Position numbers and translations under genes: made by a program. Of a stretch of DNA of 64,000 nt, positions 10,625-22,953 are shown piece by piece (the first letter of the stretch is position 1; every line of letters begins with the position of its first letter). The DNA comes from Callorhinchus milii (lineage: Eukaryota): the NCBI RefSeq assembly GCF_018977255.1, contig NW_024704743.1, positions 73,224,001 to 73,288,000 of the forward strand, written 5' to 3'. The notes under the pieces are model-generated. The model was not told the origin of the DNA and made no database searches. It worked only from the letters and a program-made list of their open reading frames with translations.

Positions 10625-13352
10625 GGGGCATCACAACCGACCATCTCCAACCTACCCTTCCTTGCCAAAGCCCTGGAACGCATTGTTGCAGGTCACCTTC
10701 AGTCACACCTCTCCCTCCAATACCTCCTCGAGCCCCTGCAGTCTGGTTTTCACCCTGACTGCCCACACACAGAAACAGCGCTTGTCAAAGTCACAAACAA
10801 ATTTCTCTCTATCTGTGACCAGGGCTCCCTCTACCTCCTCGTCCTCCTGGATCTCTCTGCTGCGTTTGACCCAGTCGACCACGCCATCGTCCTCCACTGC
10901 CTCTTCTCCCTCATCCACCTTAGTGGCACCACACTTGCATGGTTCGAGTCCTACGTAACCATCCGCCTCCACTTCATCTCGGCAAATGGTTTCTCCTCCC
11001 GCCCGGCCCAGTCATCTGAGGACTCCATACTTGGCCCACTTCTTTTCCTCATCTATATGCTGCCTCTTGGCAATGTCATCCGCATCCGTAAACTTCCACA
11101 TGTATGCAGATAACACACAAATCTACTTTGCCTCCTCCAGTATTGACTCCAGGTCCACCGATATTCTATCAGCTTGTCTGGCTGACATCAGGGCCTGGAT
11201 GAGTGTAAACTTCCTGCAGCTGAATGTGGACAAGACAGAAGCCATACTTCTTGGCTCCCGTTTACGTCTTCACTCCTGCGGATATGAACTCCTCAACCTT
11301 GCTGGGCTCTCCCCCAGACTCACCGAACCAGTGTGCAATCTAGTAGTCCAGTTCGACCCCCAGCTTGTCTTTTCTTCTCCACATCTTGTCACTGACCAAG
11401 CCTGCCTTCCTTCACTTCTGTCACATTGCCTGCCTCCGACCGTACCTTACCCCAAGTGCAGCTGAAACCCTTGTGCATGCGTTTATCACCACCGTACTGG
11501 ATTACTCAAACAAACTCCTTACGGTCTCTCCAGCTCCACCATTCAAAAAATCCAGCTCATTCAGAACTCTGCTGCCCGCATACTTACCAGACCAAACTCT
11601 GTACTCCCATCTCATCAGTTCTGGCCAGGCTCCACTGGCTCCCCATCACCAAATGGATTGACTTCAAGATCCTCACACTTGTGCTCAAATCCCTTTACTC
11701 CCTGGTACCTCCTTACCTCTCTGACCTCCTCACTCCCCAGTCTTCCACCTAACACCTCGGCTCAACAACAACAACTTGGATTTATATAGCGCCCTCCACG
11801 CCGGATGGCATCTCGAGCACTTCACAGTAAAGGATCACGGGGCCGAGTCAGGGGGAGGGAGAGGAAGGTGACCAAAGGCACGGTCGAAAAGAGATCTGAA
11901 AATAGGAAGAGAGGGGGCGAGGCGGAGGGAGTGAGGAAGGGAATTTCAGAGCCTCGGGGCGTAGTGGCTGAAGGCTTTTCCTCCCGCTCTCACCCAGTTA
12001 CCTGAGGATACCCCAAGGATCCATCCTTGGCCCCCTCCTCTTTCTAATCTGTATACTCCCGGAGGATTCGGGGGACAAGGAGGAGGCCAGACCCGGTGGG
12101 GCTAAGGCAACGGGCACTGTTGTGAGGAGAGAGGAGGTCAGAGAGGTAGGGGGGGTGCAGAGGAGTGGAGGGATTTGAAGACAAGAGTGAGGATCTTGAA
12201 ATCGATCCTCTCTGGAACAGGCAGCCAGTGCAGTCTGGCAAGGAATGGGGTAATCGGGGAGTGAAGTTTGGTGCAGGTAAGAATGCGAGCGGCAGTGTTT
12301 TGGATGACCTGGATTTTATAAATGGTAGTGGATGGCAGACCAGCGAAGAGGGCATTTGAGTAATCCAGCTGAGAGGTGACAAAGGCATGGACCAGGGTTT
12401 CAGCAGCTTTTGGAGTGAGGTATTGGCAGAGATGGGCGATGCGTCGGAGGTGGAGAAAGCAGTGCTGGTGAGGGACTGGATATGGGGGAGGAAGGATAAT
12501 TGGGGGTTGAACCTGACGTCTAGATTGCGTATGGGTTCGGAGAGTTTTAGGGGGAGGTCGGGTAGGTGGAGGAGGTGAGAACTGCGTGATTTTAGATGTT
12601 GACGAGAGCCAAAGAGTATGGCTTCTGTCTTGTCAACATTTAGCTGAAGGAAATTTGCGCTCATCCAGCCCCTGAGGTCTGACAGGCAGACTAACAGAAC
12701 ATCAGGGGACTGGGGGTCGCAAAGATAGGTGGAAAAATAGAGTTGGGTGTCATCCGCATACATGTGGAAATGTACCCCATGTCTACGGATTACATGCCCA
12801 AGATAGCATGTAGATCAGAAAGTGGAGGGGGCCAAGGATGGATCCTTGGGGTACCCCGCAGGTAACCGGGTGAGAGCGAGGAAAAGCCGTTTGTGCAGAT
12901 GTACTGCTGGCAGTTCGTGAGGTAGGACTCGAACCAGGCAAGTGCGGTCCCACTGAGGTGGATGACGGAGGAGGATGGCGTGATCTACTGTGTCGAAAGC
13001 GGCGGAGAGGTCCAGGAGGACAGGAGGCAGAGGGAGCCCTGGTCACAGATAGAGAGGATGTTAACTGGCAACTAGCTCAACTGGCACTGGCCTCCTGCTC
13101 GTTCCTCGCGCCGTCCCTCCACCATTGCAGGTCGTGCATTCAGCCACTACGTCCCAAAACTCTGGAACACTCTCCCCCAATCCCTACACGTTGCCCCCCA
13201 TCTCCCCTTTTTCAAGACCAATCTGAAAACCTTTTTTGACTGTGCTTACAGTCACCTCCCCACCAGCCCCAGCTCAGAGTCAGGCTCCGCCATTCTTAAG
13301 CGCTCTGAGATTCTACCCTGCGTGGAGCGTGCTACATAAGTCCAAGTTGTTG
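10625..13352 (+). mobile_element. Older L2 (10625-11766 and 13075-13352) split by a nested L2
   Basis: Starts with RPSPTYP/NLPFLAKALERIV-like sequence, contains HMYADNTQIY, and resumes in register after the insertion (HLGS|TGTGLLLVPR). Confidence 0.88.
11767..13074 (-). mobile_element. L2 LINE (second tail family) nested in an L2
   Basis: MYADDTQLYF ORF 12044..12763; tail ...ggagggcgctatataaatccaagttgttgtt; target duplication gctcaac. Confidence 0.93.
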
Positions 13353-13439
13353 ATGCAAATGTGCATAGGTTGAATTGAGTGGAATCAATTTTGTAACTCG
13401 CTGAGATGCATTAGTCCTTATCCCAGACAACTTAATGTT

Positions 13440-14230
13440 TACAGCGTCAGTAAGCAAGTAAAGCGATATTTAGGTCACTAAAAGGAGACCTTACTACCTG
13501 TCGTCTAAAAGCAGCCTAAACAGTGTTGTGGATTCAATACAGATAAAGGCAAGGTACTGCATATAAGAAGTAAAAAAAAAGGAGTCAAAAGTATGCTTTC
13601 AACAGGATATTACTTACAGAGGGAAATGTTGAAAAAGACCTTGGGATATTAGCTATAACATGGTAGCTGGGGGTCTGTAAAATAAGTAGCGGCCTTACAT
13701 TGAATGGGGCACAATTGCTGGTCAGATTTTTCTCACTATGACATCACTGATCAGCTTCCCATACTAAAACATGTTCATCAGGTCACCCCTGAGGTCACTT
13801 CAGCTCACTGACTTACTTTAGAAGTAATGCTCATGCTGTACAATACTTTGGTTAAGCAGTACCTGGACTAGTGGTGGCCAACACATAGACTGCGGGGCAG
13901 TCAAGAAGCGACCCCTCCCGCCCGCGCCCCCCCCCCCCCCCCCCCCGAACATTTGCACAAATCTAAATAAATCTGTGTTCAATCAATATGGCATAAATGA
14001 AGAAATATTCAATCATGAACCTTTATTTTGTTGGCCGACCAAAAAGGGTTTCTGTGACATAAGAAAATCACCTGGACCCGAGAAGTAGAGCAGAGACAAC
14101 AGTGAGGTTTCTGGAATAACTAGCTAAACTTCCATCTTGAAAACAGAGAAGGAATCTTGGAGGGGACCTTGTGGAGGTACGTAAAATGGTCATTTGGATT
14201 GAGAAAATGTACTCCGAACCATAGTTTCAC
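13440..14230 (+). mobile_element. Old CR1 fragments interrupted by a MITE
   Basis: Remnants GFNTDK, EKDLGIL, MLYNTLV and GDLVEV. Confidence 0.6.
13869..14054 (+). mobile_element. hAT-type MITE (degenerate, contains a poly-C run)
   Basis: tagtggtggccaac ... ttggccgaccaaaaagggtt; same family as 19101-19302. Confidence 0.65.
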
Positions 14231-14879
14231 TTAGGATAAAATAGCAGGACAAGGGAACAAGAGAAAAGAATATTAACAAGGCATGAATAAACAAAATAGA
14301 ATAAATTGATAAATATGTGGAAAAAGCAAGAAACTAAAACAGATTTGAAGGGAAAGGTAGCAAAAAGACTACAAAATAACTGAAGGGAGATTACATAATA
14401 ATACAATCTTTGCATTTCATATAACACCTTATGATGTCCATTCAGGGATATTGCAACATATGGGACAAAATATTATTTTCCTACAAAAGCAACCACAATA
14501 CTTGACAATAAATAGGTGCTATAAAAAACATGTAAGTTTTTGCTTTCCTTCCTCCTTCAGATGCTATGGCTACTGAAAAACTGAATAAAGAAAGTTTGCT
14601 ACAAAATACATAAATGAAAGCCAACGTATTGCAGATCCCTACTGAATGTGTGAAACAGCAGGAGATTGAATCCCACAAAGGGAGTGATAAGCAGCAACTG
14701 TGTACATAATGAATGGAGGTCATTAGCAGAAATGTAGAAAGACAAGGGTTTGGCTGTGAATATTGATAATTCGCTGTAAGCTTCTAGGTGCTAGTGAAGG
14801 TGCTAGTGAAATTCCTTGTCTCTTGAGGGCAATACACGATAAGTCAAAGTAAGTTATTCTAACCTTGAATAAATCGTAG

Positions 14880-15525
14880 AAGTGAGGATGAGGATCTTAA
14901 ACTCAATCCTCTGGGGGATGGGGAGCCAATTAAGCTGGGCAAGGATGGGGATGATTAGCTCCTTGATCTTGGTGCAGGAGAGGAAACGACCTGAAGAGTT
15001 CTGGATCATCTGCAGCTTGTGGAGGGAAGAGTTAGGAAGTGCAGCGAGCAGTGAGTTAGCATAGTCAAGCCTGGACATGATGAAGGCGTGGATGAGGGTT
15101 TTGGCGGGTTGAGAGGAGAGGTAATGCTGGAGGTGGGCAATGTTGTGGAGGTGTGGCAAAATCATGGTACAAATATAGAGGTTACAAGACAGTTGAGGGT
15201 CAAACAAGGTTCCTTACTGGTTTAGTGATGTGGAGAGTGCATCAATGAACAGTGATGCTGTCAGTGTCTGAGAAGAGGAGGTGCTGATGGGATCCAAGCA
15301 GGAGGGTCTTGATCTTGCTGATGTTCAACTGGAGAAAGTTAGCTCTCATCCAGGACTTGGTCTGACAGAAGATCTGGGCTGGAGAAGGTCGAGGGTGGAG
15401 ACAGAGAGGTAGAGTTGGATGTTATCTGCATACATGTGGAAGTTAACCCCATGCCTGCAGATGATATCACTGAACGGGAGCATTAAACAGGAGAGAACCA
15501 AGGACAGAGCCCTGAGGAATGCTGC
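14880..15525 (-). mobile_element. L2 internal fragment
   Basis: HMYADNIQLY and HAFIMSRLDYANSLL. Confidence 0.9.
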
Positions 15526-15639
15526 TTGAGACGTTGAAAGGGTTGGAGAAGAAGCACTCAACACTGAAAAATAAATATCTAACAAAAAAAAGTAACATAG
15601 AGCCCAATGAAGATGCTAAAACTTACAAAATAAAAATTG

Positions 15640-16020
15640 CTTCCCTCAGGTTGAAAATAAATGGTGGGCAACCTGAAAAGGTAACAGCCAGTTACTTGGA
15701 GATGGGTATTCTGGCATCTGATGGTTTGATAGTTTGTGAAAAAAAAGCATTAGATAAGGCATGTTACAAATTTTCCCCTACGGTGTGCAGTTTTAGCCAC
15801 TCAACATGTAAAGACATCCCAGCATTGGAGAAGCCACAGAGAGGAGCAACATGTTTGATTGTGGGACTTGGAATTCACAGAGAGTCACAGAAATCAACTA
15901 ATTTTCATTGGAGAAAGAAAGACATGATCCAGGTCTTTAAAATGATATCTAGTATGGATGACGTAGATATAAGCAGTCTATGACTTGGATTGTGAGAACA
16001 GAACTGGAGGGCTTTGACTT
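15640..16020 (+). mobile_element. Old CR1 fragment
   Basis: KDIPALEKPQRGAT and DMIQVFKMI resemble the CR1 ORF2 C-terminus. Confidence 0.65.
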
Positions 16021-16337
16021 TTAAAGATATTTTTCTAATTCTTTCCTGATGTTGAAAGGCTCTATATAAATGCAATTTGTTGTTATGTCATAAAGTGACA
16101 CAGAGCTCCAGCTCACTGTTCTCATTAGATTACAATAAAGACATTCATACTGACATTAAGCTTTAGCGTACAGTTATGATAAATCTTACTCTCTCACTAA
16201 AATGGATGCCATGATAAAACTTCAATGACCATTAAATAAGTGTATAAGAAAATATTTGATAAGAAAAGCCCATTTGACCCACCAATCCTTTCCTTTCTGT
16301 AGGCCAATGTAGAACCTGCACTCTCTTAGACTCTTAC

Positions 16338-16539
16338 CATATTGTTTAAGGATAAGTTCTGCAAAATGTCTCTGCTCATAAAGGTAAATTGAGCGAGACT
16401 GCAGAATAACTCTCTAGCCTTACTATCTGTGTGATTTATCTCTGACCAGTTGCATTCTTTGGCATGACATTTCCATGGCCCAGACAGCTCAGGGGCCAAC
16501 AAGCTCTGCACAGCATTAATCAGCTCTATCCTTTTCTTT
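16338..16539 (-). CDS. Putative internal exon of the minus-strand gene
   Basis: tttgtgttttag| ... ATG|gtaaga, 202 nt, phase 2 to 0. KKRIELINAVQSLLAPELSGPWKCHAKECNWSEINHTDSKARELFCSLAQFTFMSRDILQNLSLNNM, with sequons NWS, NHT, NLS. Confidence 0.55.
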
Positions 16540-16663
16540 CTAAAACACAAACCCATTTCTAACCAGATCAATAGCCACACATTTTTAAAAGTGTTGATCA
16601 TCACTACATTACCTGCTTTAGCTGGGTGGGTATTCCATCCATCCATCCATCCATCCATCCATC

Positions 16664-16965
16664 GGAGTCCTGTAGCTCAGTGGTTTGAGCACTCGCTTTG
16701 CAAGTGAGAGACCTGAGTTCAATTCCAGGCAGGGCGAAACCTTGGGCAAGTTTCCTTACTCCACACGCCTAATAATAATCCCTCCAAAACCAAAAACAAA
16801 AATAAATTGGTCATTTTCAATCTACGACTGTTTGTGGGACATTGCTGTGCGCAATTGGCTGCCTCGTTCGCCCACAAATATACAGTCAATTCACTTTACA
16901 GTGTTTTCTGTGAAGCGCTTTGGGACGTCCACCCGACGTGAAAAGCGCTATATCAAATGCAAGGA

Positions 16966-17056
<91 letters not shown>
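16664..17056 (+). mobile_element. tRNA-derived SINE, short subfamily, with very long (ATT)n tail
   Basis: Full-length copy with about 90 nt of (ATT)n, flanked on both sides by (ATCC)n. Confidence 0.95.
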
Positions 17057-17432
17057 CCATCCATCCATCCATCCATCCATTATTATTATTATGATAATGA
17101 TGATGATGATGTGGAGGGAACAAAAATCCTTGTAATCTCAAACCTTACAGAGGATAAATCTAATAAATTTAAGGATAAATTTATCAACTTACTAGAGCAC
17201 ATTGATTCACCATCCTGATGTGAAAAGCGCAATAACAAATACAAAGATTATTATTTATTATTTGCACTCACCACCAAAGTTATTAACATATGAACACCTG
17301 TACTATCTAACCTACTCTCAGTATTGTAATATCGTCTCTCAGTAGAGCTAAAGTCTGTGAGTTTCTTTCACAATTTTTGAAGTCCTGGTATAATTCGCCT
17401 TCTTCTTCAATTTTGAATGTAAGTTACCAGTT

Positions 17433-17642
17433 TCCCTCCAAAGAAAAAAAACAAAAAACAATAATAAATTGGTCATTTTCAATCCATGACTGTTTGTGGG
17501 ACACTACTGTGCGCAAATGGCTGCCACGTTCGCCCACAAATATACAGTCAATTCACTTTACAGTATATTCTGTGAAGCGCTTTGGGACATCCTCCCGACG
17601 TGAAAGGCGCTATATCAAATGCAAGGATTATTATTATTATTA
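17433..17642 (+). mobile_element. 5'-truncated SINE
   Basis: Body and tail only. Confidence 0.88.
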
Positions 17643-17645
17643 CCA

Positions 17646-18348
17646 ACATCTGTGCCATGACCCGCTCTGCCTTCCCTCACCTCTGCAACATCGCCCGACT
17701 CCGCCACTGTCTCACACCGCAGGCCTCTGAAACCCTCATACACGCTTTCATTACATCGAGGCTGGACTATGCAAACTCCTTGCTTGTCGGCCTCCCCAAC
17801 TCCTCCCTCCACAGGCTGCAGATCATCCAGAACTCTGCAGCCTGTGTCCTCTCCCGCACCAGGCTCCGTGACCCTATCACCCCCATCTTCGCCCAATTCC
17901 ACTGGCTTCCCATCACACAGAGGATACAGTTCATGATTCTGGTACTCACCTTCAAAGCCCTCCATGGTCTTGCTCCCCCCTACCTCTGCGACCTCCTAAC
18001 CCCCTACCATCTTGCTCGCTCCCTCCGCTCAGCAGGCTTCGGCCTGGTTCATGTCCCCCACCTCGCTTGTCCCACTATTGGCGGACGGGCAGTCTCCCTG
18101 TCTTCTGCCACTCTCCCCTCACCTCTGGAACTCCATTCCACAGTCTCTCCGCCTCATCTCCTCCCTTACCTCCTTCAAGACCCATCTCAAGACCCTCCTC
18201 TTCAACCGTGCTTTCGATCGCCCTGCTTGCCCCCTCACCCTCCCCGATCCCGACCCCCAGCTCGGGTCCAAAACTCTGACTGTCCAGCGCCTCGGGACAT
18301 CTTCCCGATGTGAAAGGCACGATATAAATGTAACTTTGTTGTTGTTGT
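17646..18348 (+). mobile_element. L2 3' fragment
   Basis: ORF 17582..18313 with HAFITSRLDYANSLL and HWLPITQRIQF; (TTG)n tail. Confidence 0.93.
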
Positions 18349-18754
18349 AATTCCCTCTAATACCGCATCATCACTTAGATTAGATAATTAAATAATTTAA
18401 CTTGGATAATTGTATTTAAATAGTATTAAAAACGGTTTCATTTGATACTGAACTTTTTTTCATTGATTCGTAACAACAACAAATTACATTTGTATAGCGC
18501 TTTCACGTCTGAAGGACGTCCCAAGGAGCTGAACAGTTAAGGGTTTACATCAGAGCTGAAGTTGGAATTGACTTGCTTAAAAACAGCTGCATACATTTTA
18601 ACATGGTTAACCGATGGACTGTCAGCTCAATGTGTATGTTAGACCTCTGGATTGCAAATATAACTTGACTAGTGAATGTTATTATAAGTTGTATTGACTT
18701 ATGATCAATTGTACTTGATATGCATACAACAATTAGCAATATCAATGATTTGCA

Positions 18755-19490
18755 TTCATAGAGCCCCTATCACACAGGAAAATGCCTCAAACCACTTCAC
18801 AAAGACGATGTGGGAATCTGAGCAAGATTGAAGATAAGGGGTGGGAGAAAACGGGAGGCGACCACAGGATGGAGTGAAATGGAAGGATATGGGCATTGAG
18901 CTCCAGAAAATGGGGGCAAAGTGTTTAAAAGCTTGCCAACTGTTTTGGGGATGGGTGACATGAAGCAGGAGTAAGTGGAGCTTGTCAAAGATTGATTTAT
19001 CCTACCATAGGCTCCCATTGGGCTCATGGAACTTATGCGGGAAAATATATGGACTGAGGAGTTCTGAATCATCTGGAGTTTATGAAGGGTTCAGCTAAAC
19101 CAGTGGAGGCCAACCTGTGGCCCGTGGGCCGGAAAAGGCCTGTGGGTACGTCGAGCAACCTGAACATTCGCTTGAGTCCAGATAAGTCCATCTTTGATCA
19201 GTAGTGTGTTTCCAGTTTTCTCTTGATTGAATATTTCTTGATTTGTGGATTAAATCAAGAAAATTTATTTTGTTGGCTGACCATAAAAGTTGGCCACCAC
19301 TGAGCTAAAGGAAAGGTGGGGAGACCGTTCGAAAAATAAACAAAAATCTGAGTTTTGTGACCATTGAGTGAGGTGGGGATGGAAGCAGGCAGTCTCGTGA
19401 AGGTGGAGGAAAGTGCATTTGTTTAAGGACATTGGCAGAAAGTAATGTCAGCACAACATGAGGTGAGTATAGGATGAGTCTAGGAATCAC
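18755..19490 (-). mobile_element. Old L2 fragment interrupted by a MITE
   Basis: HKLQMIQNS remnant and degenerate tail. Confidence 0.65.
19101..19302 (+). mobile_element. hAT (Charlie-like) MITE, complete
   Basis: TIRs CAGTGGAGGCCAAC / GTTGGCCACCACTG; 8-bp TSD agctaaac / agctaaag. Confidence 0.88.
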
Positions 19491-19661
19491 TTTTTGTTAT
19501 TGATTTAACTTACCATAGGCTCCCATTACAGCAACAGTGGATTACCATTGTTGATAGACAAGTGAGTATTGCTGGCTGAGCCACATGCTCATCAGTACCT
19601 GTACTAGGTACTTCAGCTTGCAAGGAGTTTCTGGTACCTCTATCCATCTTAAGTCGAGCTC

Positions 19662-20042
19662 TAATAATAATAATATTAATATTCCTTCCATTTGACATAG
19701 CGTTTTTCACGTCTTCCAGACGTCTCAAAGCGCTTCACAGAATATACTGTAAAGTGAATTGACTGTATATTTGTGGGCGAAACGCAGCAGCCAATTGCAT
19801 ACAGCAGTGTTCCACAAACAGTTGTGGATTGAGTGACCAAATTATTGTTGTTTTTTTTTGAAGGATTATGATCCCCGGAAAAGCGATCCACTAATCGACT
19901 AACAACTGAGTTCCTACTTACTGCTGGGTAAACAGAGGCGTGTGGAATAAGGAAACTTGCCCAACATTTTGCCCTGCTGGGAATAGAACCCAGGTCTCTC
20001 GCTTGCGAGGCGAGTGCTCTAACCACTGAGCTACAGGGCTCC
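19662..20042 (-). mobile_element. tRNA-derived SINE, long subfamily
   Basis: Full-length reverse complement. Confidence 0.92.
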
Positions 20043-20751
20043 ACATGCCTGCATTTATCTGATGCCTCCTGACAAACTACTGACTATTCCCAGGGGAGGT
20101 GTGGGTGGTAAGCAGTGTCTGACTAGATGCAGAATTAGGCTTCCACTTATGCTTGTGTAAGGTCTGTTGCTTTTCCTATTGCGTGGGGTATGAATAGATC
20201 CTGTTCCAAATGACTATCTTTTATCTGTTCTGCTCCAGCAAAACAATGGGACAACCATTCTGTGAATCAATATTTCATTTTTAAAGAAAAACAAAAGACT
20301 ACAATCTGGTATTATATGTGTGAAGTCGGTTACTTTCATTTTTATTGAGGAAGCAATTCAATTTGAATACATGGCAATTTTGAATAGTTTCACTTCATTC
20401 AGTTGCTTCAATGAAATGACTATTGGTGGTGGTGGTGGATTAGGGGAGGGTGGAAGCTTCATGCTTAATTGCTGTGGTCTATCAGCAGATGGTTCAGCGC
20501 ATTATTCTACCTCTGTGTAAAAAGATGAAAAACAATTGTTCTTTCAATTCTTTTTTTGCTATATGTTGTGATGTTCAAACAAGCTTTAGTTTTTGCAGGA
20601 GCATTGATCTAACTGACTTTCATAAAATAATACTATTGCTTTCCCTCAGAGGGTACAGCGAGAACTGTACTGATGCATGATTTTACTTTAACACACAAAT
20701 ATTTTATTTTGTAGTAGATCTAGCCAGGATCTTAATTGGAGGTGCGTTCAG

Positions 20752-21466
20752 CAACAATCACAACAACAAATTGCACTTATATAGTCCCTTTCATGTTAGG
20801 AGGACGTCCCAGGGTGCTGCACGGTCAAAGGTTTGGATGAGAGCAGTGTTTGATTCAAGAAAGGTGTAGGGTGAGCGGGATGGGAAGATGACCAAAGGCA
20901 CTGTCAAAGAGGATGTTCTTGAGACAGGTCTTGAAGGCAAAGGGATTCCAGGATGGAGTTCTAGAGGCTGTGGCAGAAAGGCTGAAGGTCCAACCAGCGA
21001 TGGTGTGGCAGGGCAGATGGGAGACTTTGAATAGTTCAGTGGCCACCAAGCAGAGGGAGCAGACAGGTTGGTATGCTTTTAGTAGGTTGCAGAGATGGTG
21101 AGGAACAAGGGCTTTAAAAGAGAGAATGAGGATCTTAAGCTCGATCTTCTGGAGGATGGGGAGCCAATGAAGCCAGGTGACTATGGGGTAATCGGCTCCT
21201 GGAGTTAGTGCAAGAGAGGGCACAAGCTGCAGTTTTCGGAATGATCTGCAGCTTGTGGAAGGAAGAGTTAGGGAGTTGGCATAGTCAAGCTGGTCATAAT
21301 GAAAGCACGGATGAGGGTTTTGGTGGCCTGAGGGGAAAGGCAGTGGCGGAGGCGGGCAATGTTGCAGATATGGGGGATGGCAGAATGAGTCATGACATGG
21401 ATGTGGGATTTAAAGGACAGTTGAGGGTCGAACGAAACACCAAGGTTCCATACTGGCTTAGTGAGG
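20752..21466 (-). mobile_element. L2 3' fragment
   Basis: NLGVSFDPQLSF, LHWLPILQKI and tail. Confidence 0.9.
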
Positions 21467-22364
21467 TTTAAAAATCTCAAAAAGGAATGATTAATTAATG
21501 AGTATTGTTCTACTGTTTTGCTTTTACTCACGCATAATCCAATAAATAGAACCATTTAATTTCTTCAATTAATTGTTTATGTTACTTATTCTCTATGAGT
21601 ACTCCATTCCAAGCTGGACTAATTATTTCTGGAATTTATGGAAAGGTCAGGGAATCTCTGGAATTATGATTACTTTTCGCAGCTGACATACACTGGTCTC
21701 ATTGCATTAATTATATTATTTTATGGAATGTTTTATTTTTGTACCATTTTCACAAAAACGACAGCAAGGATGGCAAAGATTTTGCTTTGTTAGGTGAAAA
21801 CTCTGCCCTTAAAGACGTATTGCTGCACTGTTATACTTCATCATATCCTCTTCTAAAAGTTGCAATCTGAGGCTACTATATTTTTCTCTTGCGATCTCAA
21901 CCGCACTTTTCAAATTTGATACTCAGTGTTTCATTTCTAGCGTATTTAACACATCTTTAGACAGATGCATTCAGAAAGCTTTTGAAATTATGACTATTTT
22001 AACTTCATTTCTAATCATAGCAGCTACCTTTTCAAATCCAGAGTGTTAAATCTTTGTTGAATGCTATAAATTTAGCATTAAAAATAATCTGTCTCTGGGT
22101 GGAGCATTCAAGTGAGTTTTGGGAGTTAATCCTTCCAGTGTATCAGTTCCCAGTATCACTGACACTCGAATATATGTATATTGGAGAGATCTTTACTCTT
22201 TGTAAATTTTCAGCTTGATCAGTTGTAACTTATGACATTCATGCAGTGTAGGAAATGCCATTAGACCCCATTGTTGGGCAAGGTATGATTGAATATTCTA
22301 TAATCGGCAATGCATTACCAGTTGTAGGATACTGAAACACTCAATTTCTATGAGCTAACGTTAC

Positions 22365-22442
22365 CTGATGTCGTATGTAAAATCACCAAAAAATAAATTC
22401 TCACAGATCAGTAAATTGCATTCTGCCACATTGGTGGCATAT
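22365..22442 (-). CDS. Possible symmetric cassette exon of the minus-strand gene
   Basis: tcctag| ... CAG|gtaacg, 78 nt. Only the phase 2 to 2 frame is open: YATNVAECNLLICENLFFGDFTYDI. Could be chance. Confidence 0.25.
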
Positions 22443-22953
22443 CTAGGATTTGCTATTATGAATTATACAAACATGGTAACTTATAATAATCCTTGCTTTT
22501 GATATATCTAGGCTTGATTATTCCAACACCATGCTTGCACACTGCAGCTCTCCAGATAACAACAACAACTTACATATGGTTACCGCTTTTCACATGGTGT
22601 AGTGTCTTGGAGCACTTAGACAAGCTATCGACTATCCAGAGTTCTGCAGCCCATGTCCTCTCCTACACAAAGCTCTGTGAACCTATCACCCCCATCCTTG
22701 CCCAGTTACCTGGCTCCCCGTTCACCCATCAGATGAAATTCAAGTTCCTCATTCTCACTTTCAAATCTCTTCATGGCTTTGCCACAACTTACCTCTGCAA
22801 CTTTCTATAACTCTACCGACTTGGCCGCTTCTTTTCCTGGCCTGCTTAATGTCCCCCGCCATATTCTCCTACCATTGATGCACAAGCCTCCCCATTTTCA
22901 AACCCCACCCACTTTGACTGCACTTTGAGCCATCTTCATTCATTGTTCATCTA

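Noticed and set aside
13918..13946. Poly-C run (G-quadruplex potential on the minus strand)
   Set aside because: Homopolymer expansion inside a MITE with no sign of function.
14561..14720. Strong plus-strand acceptor (ttccttcctccttcag)
   Set aside because: All three frames stop within about 55 nt, and no partner exons were found.
16685..17218. ORFs with poly-Tyr, poly-Ile or poly-Asn
   Set aside because: Translations of the SINE (ATT)n tail.
19513..19660. Minus-strand open frame with strong ATG|gtaagt donor
   Set aside because: Splicing to the 16539 exon would create TGA, the acceptor is a SINE tail, and ccataggctcccatt recurs near 19005.
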